Positions 17,537 to 25,546 of a DNA stretch of 32,000 bases are shown here, piece by piece. The DNA comes from Geotalea daltonii FRC-32 (GTDB lineage Bacteria > Desulfobacterota > Desulfuromonadia > Geobacterales > Geobacteraceae). How positions within the stretch are numbered: the first letter of the stretch is position 1; each line of letters begins with the position of its first letter. The notes beneath the pieces were generated by a model. The model ran no database searches. It saw nothing but the letters and a program-made list of their open reading frames with translations, and had not been told where the DNA came from. The stretch spans positions 2,250,001 to 2,282,000 of the forward strand of contig NC_011979.1 of the NCBI RefSeq assembly GCF_000022265.1, read 5' to 3'. The translations under genes and the position numbers were made by a program.

Positions 17537-18774
17537 ACCATGTTTGCCTTTCCCTTTGCCTGATCCTGCTGCTCGTCTGTCCTTATTCAGCTGAAGCGGC
17601 GGAATATTCAGGCTATGCCGAGATCAAGGGATTCCTCTATCCCGAACGGACCCACGGCCACAGTCCGTCGGTGGTGGGCTGGGGGACGCTGTTCAACAAG
17701 GTGGAGCAGCGGCTGGGGGAGGCTCAGCTGACCGGATCCCTGCGGGGGGAGTGGCTTTCCACCGATGATCGGGGAGGGCGCCTGTTCGATCCGATCGACC
17801 GGCACATCCGCCGCCCGCCTTTGTCGGTGCAGGATTTGTGGCTGCGCTTGCCCCTGTCGCCTGACGTGGATCTGCAACTGGGGCGCTTTCAGTTGGGGTG
17901 GGGCAAGACCGACGGGTATTCTCCGGCCGATGCCTTTCTCCCCCGTGATCTGACTGATCCCTTTGCCGACGAGAAACTGCCCCTCTGGGCGGTACGGCTG
18001 TCTGGACAGAGGGGCTCCGTGCGCTACGAAGCGGTCGGCAGCCCAATTACCACACCCTGGCGCCTTCCCGTACTCGGCAGCAGGACTGCTCCGCTCAATG
18101 GGGAGATTCCCGGCACCGTGACACTGGAAGAAAGGGACAGCTCGCCGCCGGTGCCCGGATTCGGCGCGGTGCGGCTGTTGGCCACCCTGGACCAGTGGGA
18201 TGTGGGGGGCTGGGTGCGCGCCGGTATCCGTCCCGCTCCCCTCCTGGAGTTCCAGGTTGATCAGGCTCTGGAGACTGCCAACGGGCTGGTGATTCCGGTG
18301 GAGCGCCGCTATGTGGAGGAAGAAGGGGTTGGGATCGAGCTTTCGCGGGTGGTGGGCTCCTGGGTGATCCGGGGGGAGGTTGCCGGGCTCTTTTCCCGTG
18401 ACAGGGAGCTGGGCAATGCGGTCATTGGGGCGCTGAGCGCCGAAAAAGGCTTCGGCGACGGAACCTTGCTCATGACCCTGGCCGGGAATGCCATCGATCC
18501 GCCGGTGGATGAAATCCTGCTCTTCGACCGGGCGATCCTCCCGGCGCTCATTACCGCCTGGACCCGTACCGAGGAGTGGGGAGAGTGGAAGGCGGTCTGG
18601 AGTGTGGGGCTTAAGCATGGGGATGGTCTCGTGAAAGCTGAGGTTTCCTACAACCTCACCGATGTCTGGAAGCTGACCGTGGGAGGGGAGGCCCCTTACG
18701 GATCAGGCCAGGGGGGATTCGGCGCCCTGGATGCAGCCAGGCGCCTGCGTATGGCGGTTCGCCGGAGCTGGTGA
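17533..18774 (+). CDS. Putative outer-membrane beta-barrel protein (DUF1302/AlgE-like LGRxxxxWGK motif)
   Basis: Signal peptide MNHVCLSLCLILLLVCPYSAEA, the motif LQLGRFQLGWGKTDGYSPADAF, alternating-pattern strands and a C-terminal aromatic residue (..VRRSW). The TTG start overlaps the LolA-like stop (TTGA). Confidence 0.55.
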   Translation: MNHVCLSLCLILLLVCPYSAEAAEYSGYAEIKGFLYPERTHGHSPSVVGWGTLFNKVEQRLGEAQLTGSLRGEWLSTDDRGGRLFDPIDRHIRRPPLSVQDLWLRLPLSPDVDLQLGRFQLGWGKTDGYSPADAFLPRDLTDPFADEKLPLWAVRLSGQRGSVRYEAVGSPITTPWRLPVLGSRTAPLNGEIPGTVTLEERDSSPPVPGFGAVRLLATLDQWDVGGWVRAGIRPAPLLEFQVDQALETANGLVIPVERRYVEEEGVGIELSRVVGSWVIRGEVAGLFSRDRELGNAVIGALSAEKGFGDGTLLMTLAGNAIDPPVDEILLFDRAILPALITAWTRTEEWGEWKAVWSVGLKHGDGLVKAEVSYNLTDVWKLTVGGEAPYGSGQGGFGALDAARRLRMAVRRSW

Positions 18775-18811
18775 AAAGATTCGGTTGCTAAAAACAGAGT
18801 GAGGAGGGGGT

Positions 18812-19267
18812 ATGAGCATGTTAGGCATTGACAGAGTGAAGGAACTTTTTCACGCGACATCATCTTCCGTCAGCTTGGGGACCAGCAGCAAAGGGGAGTT
18901 GAACATTGCTCCTGTGGGCAGTGCCTTCATGCCGGACGAAAGCAGCATAATCCTGTTGCGGGGGCCGTTGCGACAGACCTATCTGAATTTGCAGGAAAAT
19001 CCTGAAGCAGTGTTTCTGGTCGCGAACAAACATCCGTTCCGCTGGCTCAAATTTTTCGTGACCGGAAAGTTCGGCGCATCTTTCGGATATCGGATACACA
19101 CCCGGTTGAGAGAGGTCAGGCCCGTGACCAGTGCGGAAACCGAAGCCATTCTAAAGAAGCGCTTCGGCCTGGTAGCCGGGTCGAGGGGAGGCAGGAAAAT
19201 TCAGGCCACTCTGAAGCATATGATGATCTTCGATATTACGCAGATAAGGGAAGTAACGCCTTTTTAG
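18812..19267 (+). CDS. Pyridoxamine-5-phosphate-oxidase-like (FMN-binding split-barrel) family protein
   Basis: 151 aa. The pattern LGTSSKGELNIAPVGSAF..DESSIILL resembles PNPOx-like proteins. Strong GAGGAGG RBS. Confidence 0.45.
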   Translation: MSMLGIDRVKELFHATSSSVSLGTSSKGELNIAPVGSAFMPDESSIILLRGPLRQTYLNLQENPEAVFLVANKHPFRWLKFFVTGKFGASFGYRIHTRLREVRPVTSAETEAILKKRFGLVAGSRGGRKIQATLKHMMIFDITQIREVTPF

Positions 19268-19295
19268 TATCTTACACAAGGCAGGAGGGGAAAAC

Positions 19296-20219
19296 ATGGC
19301 AAGCCTGCAGAGCGTGGTCCAAAGATTGAAGCTGAAATACAACAAGTCCTATACCGCTCCATGGGTTCACCTGGAAAAACTACGGGCGATACAGGAAGAT
19401 GCTGCTGAGCGGATTCCGTTGCCCAAAGACGTGAGGACTCAGACGGTTGTTGCCGGGGGGGTGGATGCCGAATGGGTGCATCCCCATGAAGCGACAAAAG
19501 AGAAGGTGCTGATGTATCTCCACGGCGGTGCGTACGTCATGGGGTCGTGCAACACCCACCGCCCGCTGGCGGCGCAGATCGCCAGGGCATGCGGAATGCG
19601 CGCCCTGTTGCTGGAATACCGGCTTGCTCCTGAGCATCCCTATCCTGCGGCAATTCATGATAGCGTCGCAGCCTACCGCTGGCTGCTGTACAATGGGGTT
19701 CATCCCGACGATCTTGTTATTGCCGGGGATTCAGCCGGGGGTGGCCTTGCCCTGGCGACTCTCTTGTCTCTGCGGGATTCGGGAGAGCCCATGCCTGCGG
19801 CTGCGGTATGTATCACCCCATGGGCCGATCTGACTGGTGCTGGCGAATCCGTCAAGACCCGTGCCAAGGCCGATCCCTGTCTGTGGCCCGACCATTTTTC
19901 CTTTGCCGGTCACTATGCAGGTGCCCATGATCGTTGCGATCCGCTCCTTTCCCCCTTGTACGCGGACCTGGCCGGATTGCCGCCCCTGTTGATTCAGGCC
20001 GCCGGCGACCACATCCTGTTGAGCGACTCCACCGGGCTTGCCCAGCGGGCGAAGGATGCGGGCGTTGCCGTCACCCTGGAGGTCTGGCAGGGGATGTGGC
20101 ACGCCTTCCATCTCCATGCGCCGCAGTTGCCGGAGGCCAGGAGCGCCATTGAAGCCATCGGCAGCTTTGTCAGGCGACAGCTGCAAACAAGGGGACTCGG
20201 CGCGCGTGCCTGTTTATAG
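19296..20219 (+). CDS. Alpha/beta-hydrolase fold-3 esterase/lipase (hormone-sensitive-lipase family)
   Basis: HGG oxyanion motif (YLHGGAYVMGS) and nucleophile elbow GDSAGG. AGGAGG RBS. Confidence 0.85.
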   Translation: MASLQSVVQRLKLKYNKSYTAPWVHLEKLRAIQEDAAERIPLPKDVRTQTVVAGGVDAEWVHPHEATKEKVLMYLHGGAYVMGSCNTHRPLAAQIARACGMRALLLEYRLAPEHPYPAAIHDSVAAYRWLLYNGVHPDDLVIAGDSAGGGLALATLLSLRDSGEPMPAAAVCITPWADLTGAGESVKTRAKADPCLWPDHFSFAGHYAGAHDRCDPLLSPLYADLAGLPPLLIQAAGDHILLSDSTGLAQRAKDAGVAVTLEVWQGMWHAFHLHAPQLPEARSAIEAIGSFVRRQLQTRGLGARACL

Positions 20220-20289
20220 CTGCAGTCGGCGGTCGGCGGCTGCCGATCGGCAGGGATGTGACGAACTATAAATGAAAAAGGAGGTTCTT

Positions 20290-21252
20290 ATGTTTATCAA
20301 ACGTGTGGTCGGCGGGCTGCTGGCGTTGGTAGTAATGATGGGGCTCGGCGGGTGCGACAAGCGTTCGCTCTTCCAGTCGATCATGAATCGTGAACGTGAA
20401 AGTGCCAAGCTGACCGTCAAGATGGAGAATCTCCCCTATGGCAAGGTGGTCTACCTGACCAATGGGCCTGCGGCCGGCAGCGAGCCTCCCATCGTCATGC
20501 TGCACGGCTTTGGCGGTGAGAAAGACAACTGGAACCGTTTTTCGAAGGAACTGACCGATGAGTATCGCGTGATCATTCCCGATCTTCCGGGGCATGGGGA
20601 AAGCGTTCAGGATTCCGGTCTGAATTACGGGATCGACGAGCAGGCAAAGCGCCTGAAACAATTTCTCGATGCGTTGGGGGTAAAAAAGGCCCACCTGGTG
20701 GGCAATTCCATGGGGGGCGCCATTGCCCTGCGCTATGCCTACCTTTACCCCCAATCCGTCGCCTCTCTCGGCTTGTTTGCCGCGGCGGGGGTTGAACAGA
20801 CCGTTGCCGATTTTCACACTGCCATGAAAGCAACCGGCAAAAATCCTCTGCTGGAGATTCAAAACGCAAAGGATTTTGAAGATGTCATGAGCAGATATGT
20901 CTTCGTGGATCCTCCTTATATTCCCGGTTTCATAGTCGATATACTGGTGGAAGAAAAGCTCAAGCGGAGGGCCCTGGAGAAGAAGATGTTCGTCGAGCTC
21001 ATGGCAGACATGGACCAGACGAGCATCCTTTCGTCCATCAACTCTCCAACTCTGATCCTTTGGGGAAGCCAGGACAAGATACTGCACGTGGATAATGCGG
21101 AGCTGTTCCGGACCAAGCTCGCTGGAAGCCGCAAAGAGATCATCGATGGGGTCGGTCATTGTCCCATGATCGAGAAGCCAGAGGTTGCGAGGGAGGCATA
21201 CCGTAAATTCCTCCAAGAGACAGCGCCTCAGGGCAAGCGGGCCGGGATTTGA
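20290..21252 (+). CDS. Alpha/beta hydrolase lipoprotein
   Basis: Lipobox MMGLGGC, MLHGFGG, nucleophile GNSMGG and catalytic His context GVGHCPMIEKP. ATG 20290 follows AAGGAGG (20278-20284). The track start 20272 is less likely. Confidence 0.85.
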   Translation: MFIKRVVGGLLALVVMMGLGGCDKRSLFQSIMNRERESAKLTVKMENLPYGKVVYLTNGPAAGSEPPIVMLHGFGGEKDNWNRFSKELTDEYRVIIPDLPGHGESVQDSGLNYGIDEQAKRLKQFLDALGVKKAHLVGNSMGGAIALRYAYLYPQSVASLGLFAAAGVEQTVADFHTAMKATGKNPLLEIQNAKDFEDVMSRYVFVDPPYIPGFIVDILVEEKLKRRALEKKMFVELMADMDQTSILSSINSPTLILWGSQDKILHVDNAELFRTKLAGSRKEIIDGVGHCPMIEKPEVAREAYRKFLQETAPQGKRAGI

Positions 21253-21346
21253 CAGTAACATGCTTGTCGTTGCGCCAACGGGCTGCAATTGCCATATGTT
21301 AAGGCTGGAGAAAATGAGATTGACGATGGGAACGTTTTGGAGTAGT

Positions 21347-21532
21347 TTGCGCAAAATTTATATTTTTCTTATGAAGGTTTCACATGTTTTCTGTCACCTC
21401 CCCTTATATCGTTTCGAATTGCATTAACGCGGTCAGAATTTGCCGTTGGGGTGCATCATAGTCTTTGGGGGGGTGCAGTAACAACTATAGCCAAAACCCC
21501 CATCGACATGTTGCCGCTGGGGGTTTTGTTTT
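21347..21532 (+). promoter_or_regulatory. Candidate promoter plus structured 5-prime leader with a terminator-like hairpin, upstream of the protease gene
   Basis: TTGCGC (21347-21352), a 17-nt AT-rich spacer, then TATGAA (21370-21375). AAAACCCCC (21493-21501) pairs with GGGGGTTTT (21519-21527), followed by GTTTT. Upstream G-runs (21445-21448, 21466-21472) and a C-run (21397-21402) allow alternative pairings. Confidence 0.3.
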
Positions 21533-21590
21533 ACTGCAGGAAAGGGAAATGCTCTGCTGCAACTTTTCCGTAATTGGAAGGAGATATTTC

Positions 21591-22808
21591 GTGAAATATA
21601 AAGTCCGCATGATGATTCTTTTTTGCCTGGTTTTTTTTGCATCAGGTTGCTCAACCTTTCAGGCAATTTCTCTGGTCCGCGGGGGTGAAGCGCTATCTCC
21701 GGGCCAGAAAGAAAAGGTCCTTCCTACGGAATTCAACGGCCATATGATTCTGGTAAAAGGCAACATCAACGGATCGGCCAAAGAATATCGATTCATTCTC
21801 GATACCGCCGCATTGACCATGATTGACAAAGAAACGGCGACCGAACTGCGACTGGCAAGGGATGTGGAGGTCAAGACAAATGACAGTGCAGGGGGAACAA
21901 AAACAGCCCACCTGACAAAGCTGGGGCGTCTCACTATTGGCGACATTACCGTTACCAATACTGCCGCTGTCATCATGGATATGACCAAGATCCGGCAAAT
22001 GACAGGCATAGAGGTTGACGGCATCATCGGCTCCAACTTTCTCCGCTTTTTTACGGTCAAGATCGACTATCAGCGGCAGCAGGTTTCCCTTTCCGGTGAT
22101 CTGTCACCACTCAAGGCGGTTCCCGGAGCATCCCTGGTCAAATTCGAGCAATCCATGAAACAGGGCTTTGCCCCAATGGTGGAAGCTGCAAGTGGAGATG
22201 TTTCGTTCAAGGCGTTCATCGATACCGGCCTTACCTATCCCCTGTCCCTCCCGCTTTCCATCGTTAAGAAGGCAGACAAGGAATCGGTGATCGAAGGGAA
22301 AGGGTTGATGGGGGGCGGCTTTTTAGAGAACAACAAAAAGGAAGTACTGACCCGTCTCAACAGTTTCCGGATGGGGAGTAGTAGCGAATTCGGGAGAATT
22401 GTCGCCAACGGGACGGAAGGAAAGGACGTGGCTCTCATCGGCAAGGAATTCCTTTCGCGATTTGTCGTCACGCTCAATTATCCTGCCGGAGAGATGCTCC
22501 TGGTTCCGGTTAGTGGCGTGAAAGGGGACGACAACATGTTTACCGCAGGCATCGGCGTTATGCGGGATGCCAACGGCAAATTCCTGGTTTCTGGCGTCTG
22601 GAGCGGTTCGCCAGCTGATAAGGCCGGTGTTGCCGCCAATGACGAGATAGTAATGGTTAACGGCAAAGGGGCTGCCAGTTATACGCTAGGGGAAATGCGC
22701 GCCATTTTGAAAACCAATGACGGCAAAGATGCTGTGGACCTGGCAATAAAAAATGCCGGTGGGGAGAGAAACCTCACGATCAAAAAGCAGTTCCTTTTTG
22801 CCCAGTAG
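21591..22808 (+). CDS. Lipoprotein with two retropepsin-like aspartic protease domains and a C-terminal PDZ domain
   Basis: GTG 21591 follows GGAAGGAGA. Lipobox FFASGC. Active-site-like motifs FILDTAAL and FIDTGLT. PDZ-like GVWSGSPADKAGVAANDEIVMVNG. Confidence 0.75.
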   Translation: MKYKVRMMILFCLVFFASGCSTFQAISLVRGGEALSPGQKEKVLPTEFNGHMILVKGNINGSAKEYRFILDTAALTMIDKETATELRLARDVEVKTNDSAGGTKTAHLTKLGRLTIGDITVTNTAAVIMDMTKIRQMTGIEVDGIIGSNFLRFFTVKIDYQRQQVSLSGDLSPLKAVPGASLVKFEQSMKQGFAPMVEAASGDVSFKAFIDTGLTYPLSLPLSIVKKADKESVIEGKGLMGGGFLENNKKEVLTRLNSFRMGSSSEFGRIVANGTEGKDVALIGKEFLSRFVVTLNYPAGEMLLVPVSGVKGDDNMFTAGIGVMRDANGKFLVSGVWSGSPADKAGVAANDEIVMVNGKGAASYTLGEMRAILKTNDGKDAVDLAIKNAGGERNLTIKKQFLFAQ

Positions 22809-23044
22809 TAATCACCGTTTCTGTAAAACCGGCGGAATGCTGTTGAATAACTATGTAAATGGGATGATGACCTTGTTTGCCGGTAAGCAGGTTTGACTTG
22901 GACTTTCGTTCCCCTTAGCTTTCCTTGATTAATGAAGTTAGCGGAGTATAAAGCGGCGTCGATTACAAAAGAGTGAAGTGTTGATTGGATGGGACGGGTC
23001 AAATGCACAGCCCGTTGGGCGACAAAATACCACAAGAGGAAATT

Positions 23045-23851
23045 ATGAAACGGCTTGAAGGCAAGATCGCGATCATCACAGGTGCTGCAAGGGGAATTGG
23101 AGAAGCAATAGCTCGCGCATTTGTTGCAGAAGGTGCTTTTGTATACCTCACTGATATCAAAGACAAGCAAGGCGCAATCGTTTCAGAACAAATTGGAAAC
23201 AAATCGACCTATCGTCGTCTCGATGTCAGGGAAGAAACTGACTGGCAACGTGTCACTTTGGAGGTCATCGAAGAGCATGGCAGGCTTGATATTGCCGTAA
23301 ATAACGCAGGCATCACCGGCTTTGAAGATGGGATTATCGAGCAAAACCCAGAACATGCAAGCTTGGACAGTTGGCATGACGTCCATCGGACAAACCTTGA
23401 TGGGGTTTTCCTGGGATGCAAATATGCAATCCAGGCTATGCGTAAGACAGGAATGGGTTCAATTATAAATATTTCGTCTCGATCCGGACTGGTTGGTATC
23501 CCAGGTGCTGCCGCCTATGCCTCGTCAAAGGCGGCAGTTCGTAACCATTCCAAAACAGTAGCGCTCTATTGTGCGGAGCAATGCCTCAATATTCGCTGTA
23601 ACTCGATACATCCAGCCGCAATTCTGACACCAATGTGGGAACCACTTTTAGGCGGTTCCGCGCCGGAGCGGGCGGAGCGAATGAAGGAATTTGTAAAAGA
23701 CACCCCGCTTCGTAGATTTGGCACACCTGAGGAAGTTGCTGCTGTGGCTGTTCTTTTGGCCTCAGACGAGGCAGCATACATGACGGGCACAGAATTAAAC
23801 ATTGACGGTGGAATGCTGGCTGGTTCGGTAGCAATTCCAGTTGTAGAATGA
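23045..23851 (+). CDS. Short-chain dehydrogenase/reductase (classical SDR)
   Basis: TGAARGIG cofactor motif, NNAG, and catalytic [12 protein letters not shown] 23045 follows AGAGGA. Visibly lower GC than upstream genes. Confidence 0.9.
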   Translation: MKRLEGKIAIITGAARGIGEAIARAFVAEGAFVYLTDIKDKQGAIVSEQIGNKSTYRRLDVREETDWQRVTLEVIEEHGRLDIAVNNAGITGFEDGIIEQNPEHASLDSWHDVHRTNLDGVFLGCKYAIQAMRKTGMGSIINISSRSGLVGIPGAAAYASSKAAVRNHSKTVALYCAEQCLNIRCNSIHPAAILTPMWEPLLGGSAPERAERMKEFVKDTPLRRFGTPEEVAAVAVLLASDEAAYMTGTELNIDGGMLAGSVAIPVVE

Positions 23852-23939
23852 ACGCCGAATAGTCCAACCAATCGGCAAAATGGGGTCAGGATTGGGGAGT
23901 GACAGAGGGGTCAGCCCTTGAGTGTGACAGAGGGGTCTA

Positions 23940-24150
23940 CCATAGGATTTAAGCAGATGACGGAGCATTTCCTCTCGTGTAAAATACCGTCTGACGGGGG
24001 TGTGGCTTATGGGGTCAGTGGCCTGTTCATTCAGACTCACTCGGGCCTGAAATGCCGCCCCCGTCATCTGCGTCATCCTCAAAGGTCGACCGGGATGGTG
24101 CCGCAAGTGGCTCTGTAAGTAGACGAGACCTTGGGATGACTAACTCGTCT
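23940..24150 (+). ncRNA. Candidate bridge (guide) RNA in the IS110 left end
   Basis: An 11-bp long-range stem pairs GCAGATGACGG (23953-23963) with CCGTCATCTGC (24061-24071). A second stem pairs AGACGAG (24121-24127) with CTCGTCT (24144-24150). The internal ATGGGGTCAG (24009-24018) repeats flank sequence 23880-23889, and GGGGTCAG also occurs at the putative left junction 23907-23914. Confidence 0.35.
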
Positions 24151-24166
24151 GGTAAAGGAGCCCCTT

Positions 24167-25366
24167 GTGAGAAAGAGTTCTCCCCTTGAACTGCGCGTTG
24201 GTGTCGACGTCGGCTGTCACAGTCACAATGTCGCCATTGGCCTTTCAAACGGCGAAATTTTGGAAGAGTTCTCGATCAAGCATGAGCCGGAAGGATTCCG
24301 GCAGTTCTTTGCATGCATCGAGAAGCACGAGAAGAAGCATAGCTTGCCTGTTTCAGTAGCGATGGAAGGCTACAACGGCTATGCCCGGCCCTTGGACACG
24401 CTGGTGCGTGCTCGGAACTACCGGCTATTCAACATCAACAACCTGAAGCTCGCCAGGTTTAAGGAGATCTTTCCTGGTGCAGCGAAAACCGATGAGATCG
24501 ATGCCAGAAAAGCGCTGGAGTTGTTCCAGCTCCGCGATTACCTTCCAGTTGCCAAAGATGTGCTGCAGGAGGTACGTGCCACGCCCAAAGAAAATGAAGT
24601 GCTTAAGCGTCTGTCACGCCGTCGCCGTCGTTTGGTAAATGAGCGCGTGCGGGTGCTGAACAACTTCCAGGCCGACTTGCAATCCGTCTGTCCGGGCCTG
24701 TTGGAGATCACCGGCGATGCTGGCAATCTCTGGTTTCTGCGTTTCATTACGAGTGTAGACAGCCTCCCAAAGCTGGCCAGGATGCGTGAAGGTACAATCC
24801 GTAAGCTCCCTGGTATCGGGGCAAAGTACACGGGCATCATCATAACGTGGCAGAAACAGGCTCACTTCAGCCACGAAGTCGAGTGGGTCAGCGACATGAT
24901 CCTTGAAGACGCGTGGCGGATACTGGAGTTGCACGAAAGCATAGACAGTCTAGATCGACGAATGGCTGCAGTCGCCATCGATTCGGAGATTGCGCAGAAT
25001 CTTTCAACTATACCTGGATTCGGCTCTACGACTATTGCAGAACTTGCAGGTGAAATCGGTACAGTCGAGCGGTTCAAAGACGAACAGAGCCTGGCATTGT
25101 ATCTTGGAATGACCAATCTCGACAACAGTTCTGGTAAGAAGAAAGGCTCTAAACCACCAAAGCAAGTGAATGAGCGAGCGAAGGCAGCCATGATGACAGC
25201 TGTCGACAGACACAGAAAACAAGTCCCGCAGTCACAAACGTACTATCGAAAAAAACGAGCAGAAGGAAAGAAGCACAATCAAGCAGTACGCGCCCTTGGT
25301 CGTCATTTGTGCCGAGTTATCTTCAAGATGTTGAAAGAGAACAGGGGGTACTTGCTGCCCCAATGA
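24167..25366 (+). CDS. IS110-family (DEDD) transposase/recombinase
   Basis: N-terminal LRVGVDVGCHSHNVAI (DEDD RuvC-like start) and a C-terminal Transposase_20-like region (IPGFGSTTIAELAGEIG, SGKKKG, ..AVRALGRHLCRVIFKML). GTG start 7 nt after AAGGAG. Confidence 0.9.
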   Translation: MRKSSPLELRVGVDVGCHSHNVAIGLSNGEILEEFSIKHEPEGFRQFFACIEKHEKKHSLPVSVAMEGYNGYARPLDTLVRARNYRLFNINNLKLARFKEIFPGAAKTDEIDARKALELFQLRDYLPVAKDVLQEVRATPKENEVLKRLSRRRRRLVNERVRVLNNFQADLQSVCPGLLEITGDAGNLWFLRFITSVDSLPKLARMREGTIRKLPGIGAKYTGIIITWQKQAHFSHEVEWVSDMILEDAWRILELHESIDSLDRRMAAVAIDSEIAQNLSTIPGFGSTTIAELAGEIGTVERFKDEQSLALYLGMTNLDNSSGKKKGSKPPKQVNERAKAAMMTAVDRHRKQVPQSQTYYRKKRAEGKKHNQAVRALGRHLCRVIFKMLKENRGYLLPQ

Positions 25367-25546
25367 CAAATTTTTCTTGAAAATTCCAGCGGGATGTTCA
25401 GCCCTTGAAAAAGGAAAATGTAGTGTCGATAGCCCAAAATTCTCTTTTCAAGGGCCGCCCCCATATTCTTCAGGGCCGACCCCATATTCTTCATTCGTTC
25501 TTCATTCGGAGTATAACCCCATTATTTATGGAAAGGAGAGCGAGTC

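Larger units (their letters stand above)
23911..25408 (+). mobile_element. IS110-family insertion sequence (boundaries approximate)
   Basis: The transposase ORF has ~245 bp of non-coding DNA 5-prime and ~42 bp 3-prime. An exact 11-bp direct repeat TCAGCCCTTGA occurs at 23911-23921 and 25398-25408, 1487 bp apart. IS110 elements typically lack terminal inverted repeats, so the ends are inferred only. Confidence 0.6.

Noticed and set aside
17608-18618. Long antisense ORFs opposite well-supported genes. Examples: 17608-18618 (336 aa), 20266-21354 (362 aa), 14262-15122 (286 aa), 11721-12407 (228 aa), 26435-27364 (309 aa), 13004-13737, and the many plus-strand ORFs over the MCP gene.
   Set aside because: They lie fully inside CDSs that have clear family motifs, RBSs and operon logic. 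Their translations are Arg/Pro/Gly-rich and low-complexity, typical of stop-poor antisense frames in GC-rich DNA, and no domain motifs are present.
21185-21666. Small ORFs in the protease leader region: 21185-21427 plus strand (80 aa), 21433-21666 minus strand (77 aa), and the track start 21465 of the protease ORF
   Set aside because: They have no RBS and atypical composition. The lipoprotein signal peptide begins at GTG 21591, right after GGAAGGAGA, so the region is more likely non-coding regulatory RNA.
25451-25492. CRISPR-like repeat
   Set aside because: There are only two directly abutting 21-bp copies with no spacers and no cas genes. This is a tandem duplication, not an array.
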